The translations under genes and the position numbers were made by a program. From Strigamia acuminata (Eukaryota), in NCBI GenBank assembly GCA_949358305.1, contig OX442314.1, positions 26,164,001 through 26,228,000 of the forward strand: DNA of 64,000 nt, written 5' to 3'. The notes beneath the pieces are model-generated. The model saw only the letters and a list, made by a program, of their open reading frames with translations, did not search any database and was not told the origin of the DNA. This document shows, one piece after another, positions 50,071 through 60,712 of the stretch (positions are counted from its first letter, which is position 1; each line of letters begins with the position of its first letter).

Positions 50071-53000
50071 ATGAGATGTACTGCGAATCAACATCAAAAC
50101 AAAATGCATGCCAGTAAAAGAACAGGACTCCATATACGGCGCTGTGTGAGAAGAGAAATACAAGCGTCATTGATTGATAAAGACGAATTGAAAGCGCTGG
50201 ACAACGTTTTAAATAAGGAAAGAAATGGAAAAATGTGGTTAACGATTTTACTCGTATGTGTATGTATTTGCTGCTATCAAACGGTGGAACGATTTATATT
50301 CTTCAAATCCGGACCCATCAAAGTAGAAGTCGGTTATGCTCATATTAGGACACTGTTATCAGCAAAAATGATGTTTTATGCAATGGACACACCAGGTTTA
50401 ATGCCGTACTGGGATCTGAAACGACCAGGTCCTGACAACATTATAGAATTGAGAAAATCGTGTACCAATGCTGTACGAGGACTAATAAATTTGAAGGCTC
50501 CTGTGGACAACTACACCGATCTGTGGCTGAAATCTAATGTCACCGTTAACATGGAATACCTGCTAATCAAAAAGGTATCTTAACATTAATAACCAAGTAA
50601 ACCCACCCTCAGGGGCAGATCTACATCAGGGCAAATAGGGCTTAAGCCCAGGGCCCCCTAATTCTAGGAGGCCCCCAAGACACAATATTCAACTACATAT
50701 ACAGGGTATCCCAAATGAACGAAGCCAGTCAAATAACGAAAAGACCATTTGAGTGAGATGAATGAAACGAATGTAGTACTAGTAAACTAAGTGAGGGCAT
50801 TTCAAAAATGTGAAAAAATTTGACCTCTGACCTTTTCTTTAAGGTCATTCCAACTCTAAATTTTAAACTAAGACTGATAAAAGAAAATTCTCAATTGAAA
50901 AAATAAAGAGCACTTTCTGTTTAGTAGAAAACTGCTCATCAAATTTACTCAGACACAATAACAGCTAAAATTACGAAAAAAATAAATCATGAAAAAGTCT
51001 TGATCTTGGTTTTCGTTTTTGTATTTTTTGACTTTTTCATAATTTTATTTGTGAAATATCATTTAAAATATCAGTTAAATTAATAACAATTCATGACTGC
51101 ATAGTAGTACTTAGAATGTCAGCAAAATAAAGCACTTTTCTTAGAATGTTTTGACTTTTTCACGATTTATTTTTTTTCGTAATTTTATCTGTTATTGTGT
51201 CGGAGTAAATTTGATGAGCAGTTTTCTACTAAACAGAAAGTGCTCTTTCTTTTTTCAATTGAGAATTTTGCTCTACCAGTCTTAGTTTAAAAGTTAGAAA
51301 TGGAATGACCTTAAAGAAAAGGTCAGAGGTCAAATTTTTTCACATTTTTGAAATGCCCTCACTTAGTTTACTAGTACTACATTCGTTTCATTCATCTCAC
51401 TCAAATGGTCTTTTCGTTATTTGACTGGCTTTGTTCATTTGGGACACCCTGTATATATATTTTGATAAAGGGACCCGAAAAAACCTCAAGCCCAGGGGCC
51501 ACAAAAAGCTAGATCCGCCCCTGCCTACCCTACCATTTTGTTGGTTTATTATTTTTTAAGAATCCATCACAAAAATCTTTTAGGCACTAGGCATATTCAT
51601 CAAGTCATGTTTAACTTGCAGTTAAAACTTGTCCGCATGCCAACTGTCACTCAAAACAAACTAAATAGACCGCTATTTTTGAAGTTAGATTATAGAGCAG
51701 TTTAAATATGTGACTGATGTGTTTCTTGCTTTTTGTTCACGTTGGATTGTAAAGATGGAGTTGGATGTAGTTTTGGAAAGGAGTTGCGAAGCTACCATCT
51801 TGGTTATAGAATTAGCTTAATGCCTTTATTCATAAATTACAATAGATTAAATAGTCAAAATCACTGGTCATTGATCCTTATACAGGACTGGACTGGGAAC
51901 AAATTTAGTGCCGGGAAATCTGGATGTTCGGGCCACAATTAATCAAGTCGGGACAGGCCACAGCAAGCCACGATGGGCCACAGCGGCCACGGGCCACCAG
52001 AAATTCCCGGTATCCCGCCGGGCCAGTTCAGCACTGTCCTTATACCATGTTCACACTAACGGGTCGAGTTTAGCTGGATCTGATCCGTCCGATCAGATCC
52101 AACTGAACAGAGTTCCCAGTACAGTCAAAACTCTTTATAAGGAATCGCGATATAACGAATTATCGCTATTCCGAATTGTTGAAAATGACTTGGTTGGCCA
52201 GCCATAGAACACCATGTTAAATATTTTCGTTATAACGAATTTCGATATAACGAATTATTCGTTATAACAAACAAGTTTTTAGGTACACTGTAATACCCAT
52301 AAGCTCTCGTTATAACGAATTTTAAAAAATCATCACAACTCACATCATCCGATGCCCATAAGGACAGGAAAATCAAAATTTTCCTGTTTTAAAATGGCTG
52401 CCAAACAAAAGGCAATTTTTATTGAGAACAAGTTGAACATTTTTAATGCCATTGACAATGGCAAGAAGTCATCAATTGTAGCAGATGAGTTTAATTTGCC
52501 CCGTTCTACAATTTTTAACATTTTTAAAGAATTGGGATAAAATTGACATGAAACTTGCATGTCTAATTGTCTATGAATAAATAATATTGTTTAGGGGCCG
52601 CCCATAAATTACGTAACGCCTTAGGGGGGGGGGGGGTTTCGAATTTTGTTACGGGTTGTTACGACGGGGGAGGGGGGGGGGGTTGCAATAATGTTACGTA
52701 ACTTATTTTATTTTTGAAAATTTGAAATTATAAAAATTTAAAATTGTGAAATTTTTAAAAACTGAAAATTTTACTTTATAAATAATTGCTTTTTGAGTTA
52801 TTATTCTTTTTTTTTGTGTAAATTTGTGGAAATAGACATTATTAAATAAAAATTGTATTTGTATTTAGTGTACCGTATATCAAAATTGGGGGGGGGGTGG
52901 TTAGTTTTGTTACGTAATATTCTAGGGGGGGTTTATGGATTTGTTACGACCTTGTTACAGGGGGGGGGAGAGGGTCTAAAAGTCCAAAAATTAGCGTTAC

Positions 53001-54474
53001 GTAATTTATGGGCGGCCCCTTATAATAAAATTTAATTTTTTTTACCTAATTCGTTTTAACGAACTCTCGTTATAACGAATCAATTTTCCGGTCCCTTGCG
53101 ATTCGTTATAAAGAGTTTCGACTGTATTCACTTGGATGTGATTCAATCACCCCAAAATGCGATTGAAACAAACCAAACCGGGTTTTAGTAGCGCTTCAAT
53201 GGCTGCCATTTTATATCGAATAAAAATGTGCAATAATAGAATGCTATAGAGTGCTGACATTGTTTATTGAATTCCAATTCACGAATCGAGTTGTGGGAAA
53301 TCGATTGACGAACGGAGTTGTTGGGCACACGAATCTAGATCTGTGCTCAGAGTACAGTGTTCACACCGATCTTGGATCTTGGATAAGATCCAAAAGCTTG
53401 GTGTGAATATGGTGTGTAGGGTTTCTCAAAAACGGGACTTTTTGAAAAACCGGTATTTCGGTATTCAATGTTCAAAAAACCGGTAAACCGGTATTTTTCG
53501 GTAAATAAATATTTTTATTTTTATTTTCCTTTTTTAAAAAGTAAAATTTAAAAAAATACTTTTTTTTTCTGAAGATTTTTTCACATTTTGGATATGATTT
53601 TTAATATATTTCACGTTCTAATTTAAAAAAATTATTTTCTGGTTAATGTGTTTGCTTAAACCAGTTAATGAGACAATACAGAATCAAGTTATTAACATTT
53701 CTTCAATGGGTTTTGTAATTTTGACGCCATTTTTAAAACATACTAGTACAAAGAACTTTCAATAATTTTGAAAAATTTTTTTTTTAATAATAATAATAAA
53801 TAATAATAACTTAAAGAAGTTGTTTTATCAAACAAGGTCAGGGAAAGGGGACCCTCACAAGTCAGTGAGTCAAATCCCTCAAGTGAGTGCCTCTCACATT
53901 CCTAAAAATTTTCCAAAATCTATTGGACCGAATTCTTACTTAAAAGAATTTAAAATAAAAATAGTGACCATTTCCATCCCTAAAATGAAATATTTCGGCA
54001 GTGTTTTCCATATTTTTCTCCCAATAAAAACCGGTAAAAAATACCGAACTAAAGACGATATTCGGTATTCGGTTTTTTCTTTAAAAATACCAGTTTTTAG
54101 TACCGGTAAATACCGGTAGAGAAACCCTAAGTTTTATTGGTGTGAGACGATTCTTAATAATTCTCCAAATGTATTTTCTATTGATGACAAATCCTGACTC
54201 ATTATTGCTGGCCAGGACAATCGGCAGAACTGTTGCATGCGACAAACAATCTCAGGGTATCTAATATTATTGTACCAGAATCACTAACATTTAATTAGGC
54301 TTTATTTTAATCAAAAATAACAATATCAATATCTTGTTATTTTTATTTAGGACAGAGAAATTAAATCTGAGATCAAGTTGAAAAATGGAAATATTTTGTC
54401 AATTAAGGGAGACACTAAAATTGGAATGGTACAGGAAAACATCCTTTGTGGGAATGCGCTTTTTATTAATACAG
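50071..54474 (+). CDS. First exons (50071-50574, 54351-54474) of a divergent DEG/ENaC (pickpocket-like) channel gene
   Basis: TM1-like WLTILLVCVCICCYQTVERFIFFKSGPIKVEV; donor AAG|GTATCT phase 0 matches acceptor TTTAG|GAC; second exon ends CGNALFINT (compare G-N-C-Y-T-F-N). Confidence 0.55.
50610..51523. mobile_element. hAT-like MITE
   Basis: TIR CAGGGGCAGATCTA / TAGATCCGCCCCTG; near-perfect 8-bp TSD CCCACCCT/CCTACCCT. Confidence 0.75.
50702..51451. mobile_element. Palindromic Tc1/mariner-type MITE nested in the previous element
   Basis: TA-CAGGGTATCCCAAATGAAC ... GTTCATTTGGGACACCCTG-TA with ~300-bp near-perfect inverted arms. Confidence 0.88.
52122..53124 (+). mobile_element. pogo/Tigger-derived non-autonomous element with CENP-B-type HTH fragment
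   Basis: TA-CAGTCAAAACTCTTTATAA...TTATAAAGAGTTTCGACTG-TA; ENKLNIFNAIDNGKKSSIVADEFNLPRSTIFNI. Confidence 0.85.
52594..53019. mobile_element. PIF/Harbinger-like MITE
   Basis: Perfect TIR GGGGCCGCCCATAAATTACGTAACGC, TSD TTA. Confidence 0.88.
53417..54129. mobile_element. hAT-like MITE with ACCGGT subterminal repeats
   Basis: TIR TAGGGTTTCTC / GAGAAACCCTA; no clear TSD. Confidence 0.65.
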
Positions 54475-55692
54475 GTACAGTCAAATTCGTCTTTTTCAAG
54501 TTTCTAACTTTCTCATATCTTATTAATTAATTATTTCTTTTCTGCATCACCATTCACCATAATTAACGTAAGACCATATTTTTGCAGCTTTTATTCCAAA
54601 AATACAAATCGTGTTTTATGTTACGTTCTTTGTTCCTTATATACTGTATACTATGTTCACACCAACGGATCGAGTTTGACTGGATCTGATCTGTCCGATC
54701 AGATCCAACTGAACAGAGTTCCAATATTCACTTGGATGGAGTTGTGTTCACACCAAAATGTGATTCAATCAAACCAAACCGGGTGTTAGTAGCAACAGGT
54801 CTTAGAAACACTTCGTTACAATGGCTGCCATTTTATTATCTAATAATGCTGACATTATTTAATGAATTTCAATCCGAATCCTATCGTGGAATTGAGTTGT
54901 AGGAACTCGTGTAAAAACTAGCGAGTTTTAGAAGCGTGGGGTTGCGCGTCATTGATCGGTGTCGTGCGGGGAAGCCATTATCAAGGCGGTGCTTTTAAAC
55001 ACGAGATTGTATGACGCACGTACGGAAATCCGGTTTTGTGTCATAAATTGTCCAGTTTGACCTGAATTCCTGTTTTTATAAATACAGGGTGGAAGAAAAG
55101 TCTGTTCCCCGCAAATATTTCCTGAGCAATTTGACCTTGAAAGCTATTTTCAAGGTTATTCACTTGCTAACTTCTAAACCAATCAGGTTAGAGCAAAATT
55201 TCCAATTACAAAGTTGTAGAGCACCATCAAATTAGTACTATCCAATTTATCTTAGTCATCTTCATTTAAATGATTTCTTTTTAAAAAGGAAACAAATCAG
55301 AAAAAAATCAGCAAAGTGAAATTTTTTATACTTGTGAAAAAAAAAATTATTGAGGCATTAAAAAAAGATAGTGATTTTTATTGTGTACTTGTACAGTAAT
55401 GCACATTTGAATATATTTATTTCGCATTGTCTATTCCCACAAACGTTTGTGGGAATAGACATGTGTCTATTTCCACAAACGTTTGTGGGAATAGATGGCC
55501 GTCACTGGGCCGGCTATTTCCACAAACAGCCATCATTCGGCCGGCTATGGTATGGTGCGCCAAAAACGCGCTATGTGAAGTTTCGGGTTGCCGAGGACGG
55601 GAGGACGGGAACGTAGCGAGAACGTGAAAACGAGAAAAGCGAAACGAACCAATGACGTGGGGGTGGAGTTGAGATATATAAAGAGATGAATT

Positions 55693-55980
55693 TGTAACAA
55701 AGATCACTTGTTGGATTGGATTCTAACTGAACGGTGTGTTTGTGATAGTTTACAGTAATATACCTGAAACTTGTAACATCTCACTTGTTGAATTCTAACG
55801 AACGGTGTGTTTGTGATAGTTTACAGTAATAAACTTGTAACATCTCACTTGTTGGATCCTAACTAAATGGTGTGTTTGTGATAGTTTACAGTAATAAACT
55901 TGTAACATCTCACTTGTTGGATCTTAACTGAATGGTGTGTTTGTGATAGTTTACAGTAATAAACTTGTAACATCTCACTT
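55693..55980. repeat. ~65-bp tandem repeat, about 4.5 copies, in the MULE 5' leader
   Basis: GGTGTGTTTGTGATAGTTTACAGTAATA at 55733, 55804, 55869, 55934. Confidence 0.88.
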
Positions 55981-56030
55981 GAAGTTCTGAATTTCGGTAT
56001 TTCTATTGAATACATTTGAATTTTAATACT

Positions 56031-59000
56031 ATGGAAACCGAAATTGATGAATTATATTTCCCTACCGTTGAGAAAGAATTTACAGCATTATCTGTTTTTA
56101 ATACTTGGAACGAATTTGCAGATGCATTCGAAAAGTTCTGCGATTCTACTAGCAGTCCACTTTTTGTGATTCAAAGTTCTCGCAGTATTGAGAAAGAGAA
56201 TCTGCGACCTGGTGTTTGCAAACTCCCACTTTCCATTGGATACTACTTTTGTAGATTCGAATGTGCGCATGCTGGTTGTAACAATTCAACATCTAAAGGA
56301 AAGCGACCAAAACAACAATCGTTGAAGACTGGTTGTTCTGCTCACTTGCATGTTGGTTGGGATAAACGAAAAAGTTTGTTTGTTATTCGAAGCTTTGATA
56401 ACACACACACCCATGAAATGGGTTCAGATCTTTACAGATCATATTCGATTAATCGAGCAGTGCGAGGATTGGGTTATAAAATTCCACGGTTGCTTGAGAA
56501 TACGCTTGAAGATGGGACAAGTACTTGGGCATTTTCAAAAAGTCGTTCGGACACAGAACACATTAAAGACAATACTATGTTGTTGCTCGAACATGGAGTA
56601 ACAGTCTCTGCAGTCAAAAATTTCGTCAAAGAGAAGGGGAATGTTTCTGCAACATCGAAAGATGTACACAATATAAGGGCTAAATTGGAGTCTACCAACC
56701 GACCGCCTGGCATAAACGATGGAGAGAAATTTGTTTCAAGTTTACGTTTAGACAAGAAGCAAGACCAGGGAATGGTCATTGCAACTTTAGAAGTGGATTC
56801 AGAAATTCGTGTTTGCTTTTTCCAATTTTCTTGGCAGCGTACACTTTTTGAACGATACCCTGAGCATATTTCTATGGATGCAACATATTGCCTTGTTAAC
56901 TGCCGCATGCCCTTGTACATTGCATCCATTGTTGATGGTAATAATATCACGATTCCAGTGGCATTTGGTCTTGTTGCTGCCGAGACGAAGGAAAATGTTG
57001 AATTCTTTGTTGCCACTCTTGTGGAAAGAAATCCATGTACATCGACAACCATCTCTTTTATGACAGACAAAGATTTCACTGAAATTTCTCTAATAGAAAA
57101 GTACTTTCCACAAGCAAAACATGAACTTTGCTTGTTTCATGTTCTCAAAAATTTCAAGGCTTTGGTTGATGATCAAAAATTTCCAAGTGATAAGGCAGAT
57201 GATGCGAAACGATTACTAGAACAAATGGCCTACGCTTATGAGCTCAGTTCTTTTGAAGCAAGTTTTTCTGAATTTGAAGAGAAATTTTCGAACCACAACA
57301 TCTTTCCCCTTTTTCTGGACCGCTGGTATGCGATCCGCGAAAGCTGGTCAATGTACAGTCGGATTCAGACATACAACTTGGGCAACACTACAAATAACAG
57401 AATTGAGTCAATGAACAACAAGATAAAGAAGGTAATCAAACGTTATTCATACTTGGACATATTTTACTTAAATTTGAAGATTTTTTTGAGTGACTTGTGG
57501 GATAAACTTCATATGATTTCGTTTAATCAGCGTTTAAAAGTTACTCAGCTTAGAACGTCAGCACCTATGTCAGTGGTTAGTTCTGTTGCTAGCACTGCAA
57601 CTCCATTTGCATGTTACATAATTGTTGGAGAGTACGTCACAAGTGAAAACTGTAAAACTATCACTAATTTGTCTAATGGGAAGTTTGCCGTTAATATTCC
57701 TCCACATCGTATTTCAGAGACATCCGAAAGTAGTTGTACTTGCAGTCTTTTTTCAATGAAAAAGTTGCCTTGTTGTCATATCTTTTCAGTTAGGAAGCAC
57801 TTGGATTTAGAAATCTTTGATCCTAGTCTAGTATCCCAAAGATGGACGCGTAGTTACTCGAACGAATCGTTCCAGGAAGCATCTATCGTTAAGCCAGATG
57901 GGTTAGTGAGAGTAACTAATAGTTCTAGCGATACATTAACTGAGTCCCAGAAGTTTAGTGAAGCAAAAACCCAGTTAGATGCTTTATCAGAGAAGATGAA
58001 ATCTTGTAGCAGCGAAGAATTCAAGAACAGAATGCAGTTTCTTAAAGAAATTAATTCATTGTGGGCTGAAAATCGAAAAGTAGTTGCAGTTGAAATTATA
58101 TCCACCCATGATACAAATTGTGCTTCTAATCCGAGTGTAAATGGTCTGGAGAATGCTACAGATTCAGATGTGAATTGTTCAGAACATGGCGTAGGTCCAG
58201 AAGACGGTTCAAAGCCAGACGTGAATAATCCAGAAAATGGTACAGGTTCAGATGTGAATCGTTCAGAGCATGGCATATGTTCAGATGCAGATGGCTTGGA
58301 AAATGAAATTATTTTTGATGTTGTTGGACGCTTTCCAGATAGAGTAAAAGTGAGAGGTCGTCCCAAAGGTGCTATCCTAACCGCAATAGGAAGAAAAAGG
58401 ACTCTGCCGAAACCATCACTGCGTACAGCAAAAAAATTCAAAACAAAACTTGTCAACCCAGATATTGATTGGGTTGAAGTATGCTCGGAGGTCCAACTGA
58501 AGCAAAGTCATTTAGATATTTTGCTCTGCGATGATTGGCTTGATGCATCTATCATGTACGCAGCAACATGCATGACAAAGCGAGATTTTCCAATGACCCA
58601 AGGCCTCCAAAGAACCACGTTTGCAGCATATAATCCACCTGCATTTACTCCTTGCAATGGTGATTTTATCCAAATTTGCCATGTTAATGGCAATCATTGG
58701 AATGTTATTGCTGGGCACATTAATGATAGTATGATTTTCGTAGATGTATATGATTCTCTCTACTCTGACATCAATCCTGATAATATATCCATTGCTAGTA
58801 GTTTGGTCCGCACTATAGATTCTTCTTTTCAAATGACATTTCGTTTTCATGATATTATGAAGCAGGACAATGGTCATGATTGTGGCCTACATGCTATAGC
58901 AATTTCACTATTACTTTGTCATGAAGAAAATCCAAGTAATTTCGTATTTGATAAAGCTCGACTAAGATCACATTTGATTGAAAGATTTTCCCATCAAGAT

Positions 59001-59261
59001 GAAAAATTCATCTTATTTCCCTTTACACGTCGGGAAGTTTACGACTCTCCTAAAACAACAGTTCATGACAGAGTAATGTGTTATTGCAGGAAAAAAAGAA
59101 ATACTCGAATGGTTATAAAATGCTGTACATGCAAAGAAGATTTCCATAGAGCATGTTTGGTTAAACAGAATACGAATGTGAAGGCCATTCAAACAAAACA
59201 GTTTATTTGTGATCGTTGCATTCTTATGACAGAAGCTAATGTAATTGATATTAGTGAATAA
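56031..59261 (+). CDS. MULE transposase: FAR1/WRKY-like finger, DDE domain, SWIM finger, AT-hook, Ulp1/C48-like protease, PHD finger
   Basis: FECAH...GCSAHL...HTH; MDATY, MTDKD, LCLFH, NNRIESMN; CTCSLFSMKKLPCCH; RGRP; NGNHW..YDSL..QDNGHDCG; CYC..CCTC..FHRAC..FICDRC. Confidence 0.9.
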   Translation: METEIDELYFPTVEKEFTALSVFNTWNEFADAFEKFCDSTSSPLFVIQSSRSIEKENLRPGVCKLPLSIGYYFCRFECAHAGCNNSTSKGKRPKQQSLKTGCSAHLHVGWDKRKSLFVIRSFDNTHTHEMGSDLYRSYSINRAVRGLGYKIPRLLENTLEDGTSTWAFSKSRSDTEHIKDNTMLLLEHGVTVSAVKNFVKEKGNVSATSKDVHNIRAKLESTNRPPGINDGEKFVSSLRLDKKQDQGMVIATLEVDSEIRVCFFQFSWQRTLFERYPEHISMDATYCLVNCRMPLYIASIVDGNNITIPVAFGLVAAETKENVEFFVATLVERNPCTSTTISFMTDKDFTEISLIEKYFPQAKHELCLFHVLKNFKALVDDQKFPSDKADDAKRLLEQMAYAYELSSFEASFSEFEEKFSNHNIFPLFLDRWYAIRESWSMYSRIQTYNLGNTTNNRIESMNNKIKKVIKRYSYLDIFYLNLKIFLSDLWDKLHMISFNQRLKVTQLRTSAPMSVVSSVASTATPFACYIIVGEYVTSENCKTITNLSNGKFAVNIPPHRISETSESSCTCSLFSMKKLPCCHIFSVRKHLDLEIFDPSLVSQRWTRSYSNESFQEASIVKPDGLVRVTNSSSDTLTESQKFSEAKTQLDALSEKMKSCSSEEFKNRMQFLKEINSLWAENRKVVAVEIISTHDTNCASNPSVNGLENATDSDVNCSEHGVGPEDGSKPDVNNPENGTGSDVNRSEHGICSDADGLENEIIFDVVGRFPDRVKVRGRPKGAILTAIGRKRTLPKPSLRTAKKFKTKLVNPDIDWVEVCSEVQLKQSHLDILLCDDWLDASIMYAATCMTKRDFPMTQGLQRTTFAAYNPPAFTPCNGDFIQICHVNGNHWNVIAGHINDSMIFVDVYDSLYSDINPDNISIASSLVRTIDSSFQMTFRFHDIMKQDNGHDCGLHAIAISLLLCHEENPSNFVFDKARLRSHLIERFSHQDEKFILFPFTRREVYDSPKTTVHDRVMCYCRKKRNTRMVIKCCTCKEDFHRACLVKQNTNVKAIQTKQFICDRCILMTEANVIDISE

Positions 59262-59542
59262 AAATCAGTTTTACATAATTTCGACATTCTTTGAGCTTCT
59301 CCCCACGCCATTGGTTCGTCTCGTTTTCATGTTCTCGCTACGTTCCCGTCCTCCCGTCCTCGGCAACCCGAAACTTCACATAGCGCGTTTTTGGCGCACC
59401 ATACCATAGCCGGCCGAATGATGGCTGTTTGTGGAAATAGCCGGCCCAGTGACGGCCATCTATTCCCACAAACGTTTGTGGAAATAGACACATGTCTATT
59501 CCCACAAACGTTTGTGGGAATATCCACGGCCTATTTATTTTA

Positions 59543-60212
59543 CACTAGAAAGGTCAGAGCGGTCATTTTGACCGCAACAGCTGTTTTAAACAGCTGTAGC
59601 AATAAACTCAATGGGTTTACATTGCTGGTATTTTTTCACTTTTACTAACTTATGATACTTTACATTAAGCTTGTAATCGGATCGGATCGGATCGAATTTC
59701 TGGCCAATCCGCATCCGATCCGAAAATAGTGCGGAACGAAAAATGCGGATCCGCATCCGATCCGCATGCCCAGATCGGCCTATCCGATCCGATCCGATCC
59801 GATCCGCAATCAATCCGCGGATTGCGGATCAATTTTTTTTTTTTTTTATGATGTAAAGTTTACATCATAATTTGCTGATTTATGATTCATAAATCAGCAA
59901 ACGTGGCTTTTTTCTGTAAAAAAAATTAAAAAAAATTGAATTGACCTAGAAAGGCCGAAAGCGGTCCAAAGGACCGCTTGAAACAACGTGCACAAGACGT
60001 GCACGAAACGTGGACAAAACGCGCACAAATCGTACAAAATACGTAAACAATACGTGTATCTTGCGTTTTGCCATCAAATTGATCAGTAAAATGCGAAATA
60101 TGCGAAGAAAATAGCAAAACAAAAATTGATGGTCTTGTGCGCATTGTTTCAAGCGGTCATTTTGACCACTTTCGACCTTTCTAGGTCGGCGGAAATTCCG
60201 GCCTTTCTAGTG
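59543..60212. mobile_element. piggyBac-like MITE containing a (GATCC)n-rich fragment at ~59670-59830
   Basis: CACTAGAAAGG ... CCTTTCTAGTG followed by TTAA (left flank TTTA). Confidence 0.6.
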
Positions 60213-60339
60213 TTAAGTAATTCAGTATTTTTGTAGTAGAAATTTAATTTTTGCCTCAATGGCTGACTTTATTTCAGCTGATTTGTTTTCATTTTAAAAC
60301 GCAAATATTTAATTTAAGATGACTAAGATAAGTTGGATA

Positions 60340-60638
60340 CCGTACCGCCCCGTTTAAACGCCCGGGCGTTTAATTTTTTTTTCAGCCGCTTCCCCGGCGC
60401 CAATTTGAAGCCCGGCGCTAAATCGAACCCGGCGCATAACCGAAAATTCGCCTGTTTTTTCGCAAAAAATGGCGATTTTTCGGCAAAAATCACCGATTTT
60501 TCACAAAAAATCGGTGATTTTTGGGGACCCGGCGCTTAGTCGGGGCCGGCGCTAATTCAGTGAACCACCAATGACTGCCCGGCGCTAAAACGGGGCCGGC
60601 GCTTTTTTGAACCCGGGCGTTTAAACGGGGCGGTACGG
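60340..60638. mobile_element. TA-flanked MITE (Tc1/mariner superfamily)
   Basis: Perfect TIR CCGTACCGCCCCGTTTAAACGCCCGGG; internal CCCGGCGC repeats. Confidence 0.88.
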
Positions 60639-60712
60639 TAGTACTAATTTGATGGTGCTCTACAACTTTGTAATTGAAAATTCTGCTCTAACCTGATTGG
60701 TTTAGAAGTTAG

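Larger units (their letters stand above)
52044..53413. mobile_element. MITE (TIR ACCATGTTCACAC) hosting two nested insertions; second partial copy at ~54650-54905
   Basis: Inverted ends and an uninterrupted paralog (GAGTTCCAATATTCAC) at 54716-54731. Confidence 0.7.
55423..59531 (+). mobile_element. Intact Mutator-like (MULE) DNA transposon
   Basis: ~200-bp TIRs (55432-55630 / 59325-59522), 9-bp TSD TATTTATTT (55414-55422 / 59532-59540), single long ORF. Confidence 0.93.
55084..60712. mobile_element. Inverted arms (~55084-55270 and ~60310-60712) of a Tc1-like MITE enclosing the MULE and other insertions; related copy at ~19480-19667
   Basis: CTAACTTCTAAACCAATCAGGTTAGAGC...CTATCCAATTTATCTTAGTCATC at 55166-55262 is the reverse complement of 60316-60712 once 60340-60638 is removed. 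Confidence 0.55.

Noticed and set aside
55428..55980. Palindromic repeats resembling CRISPR repeats
   Set aside because: They are MULE TIR subunits mirrored at 59461-59522 and a spacerless 65-bp tandem repeat.
56474..58456. Two ~200-aa minus-strand ORFs
   Set aside because: Antisense shadows of the MULE transposase frame.
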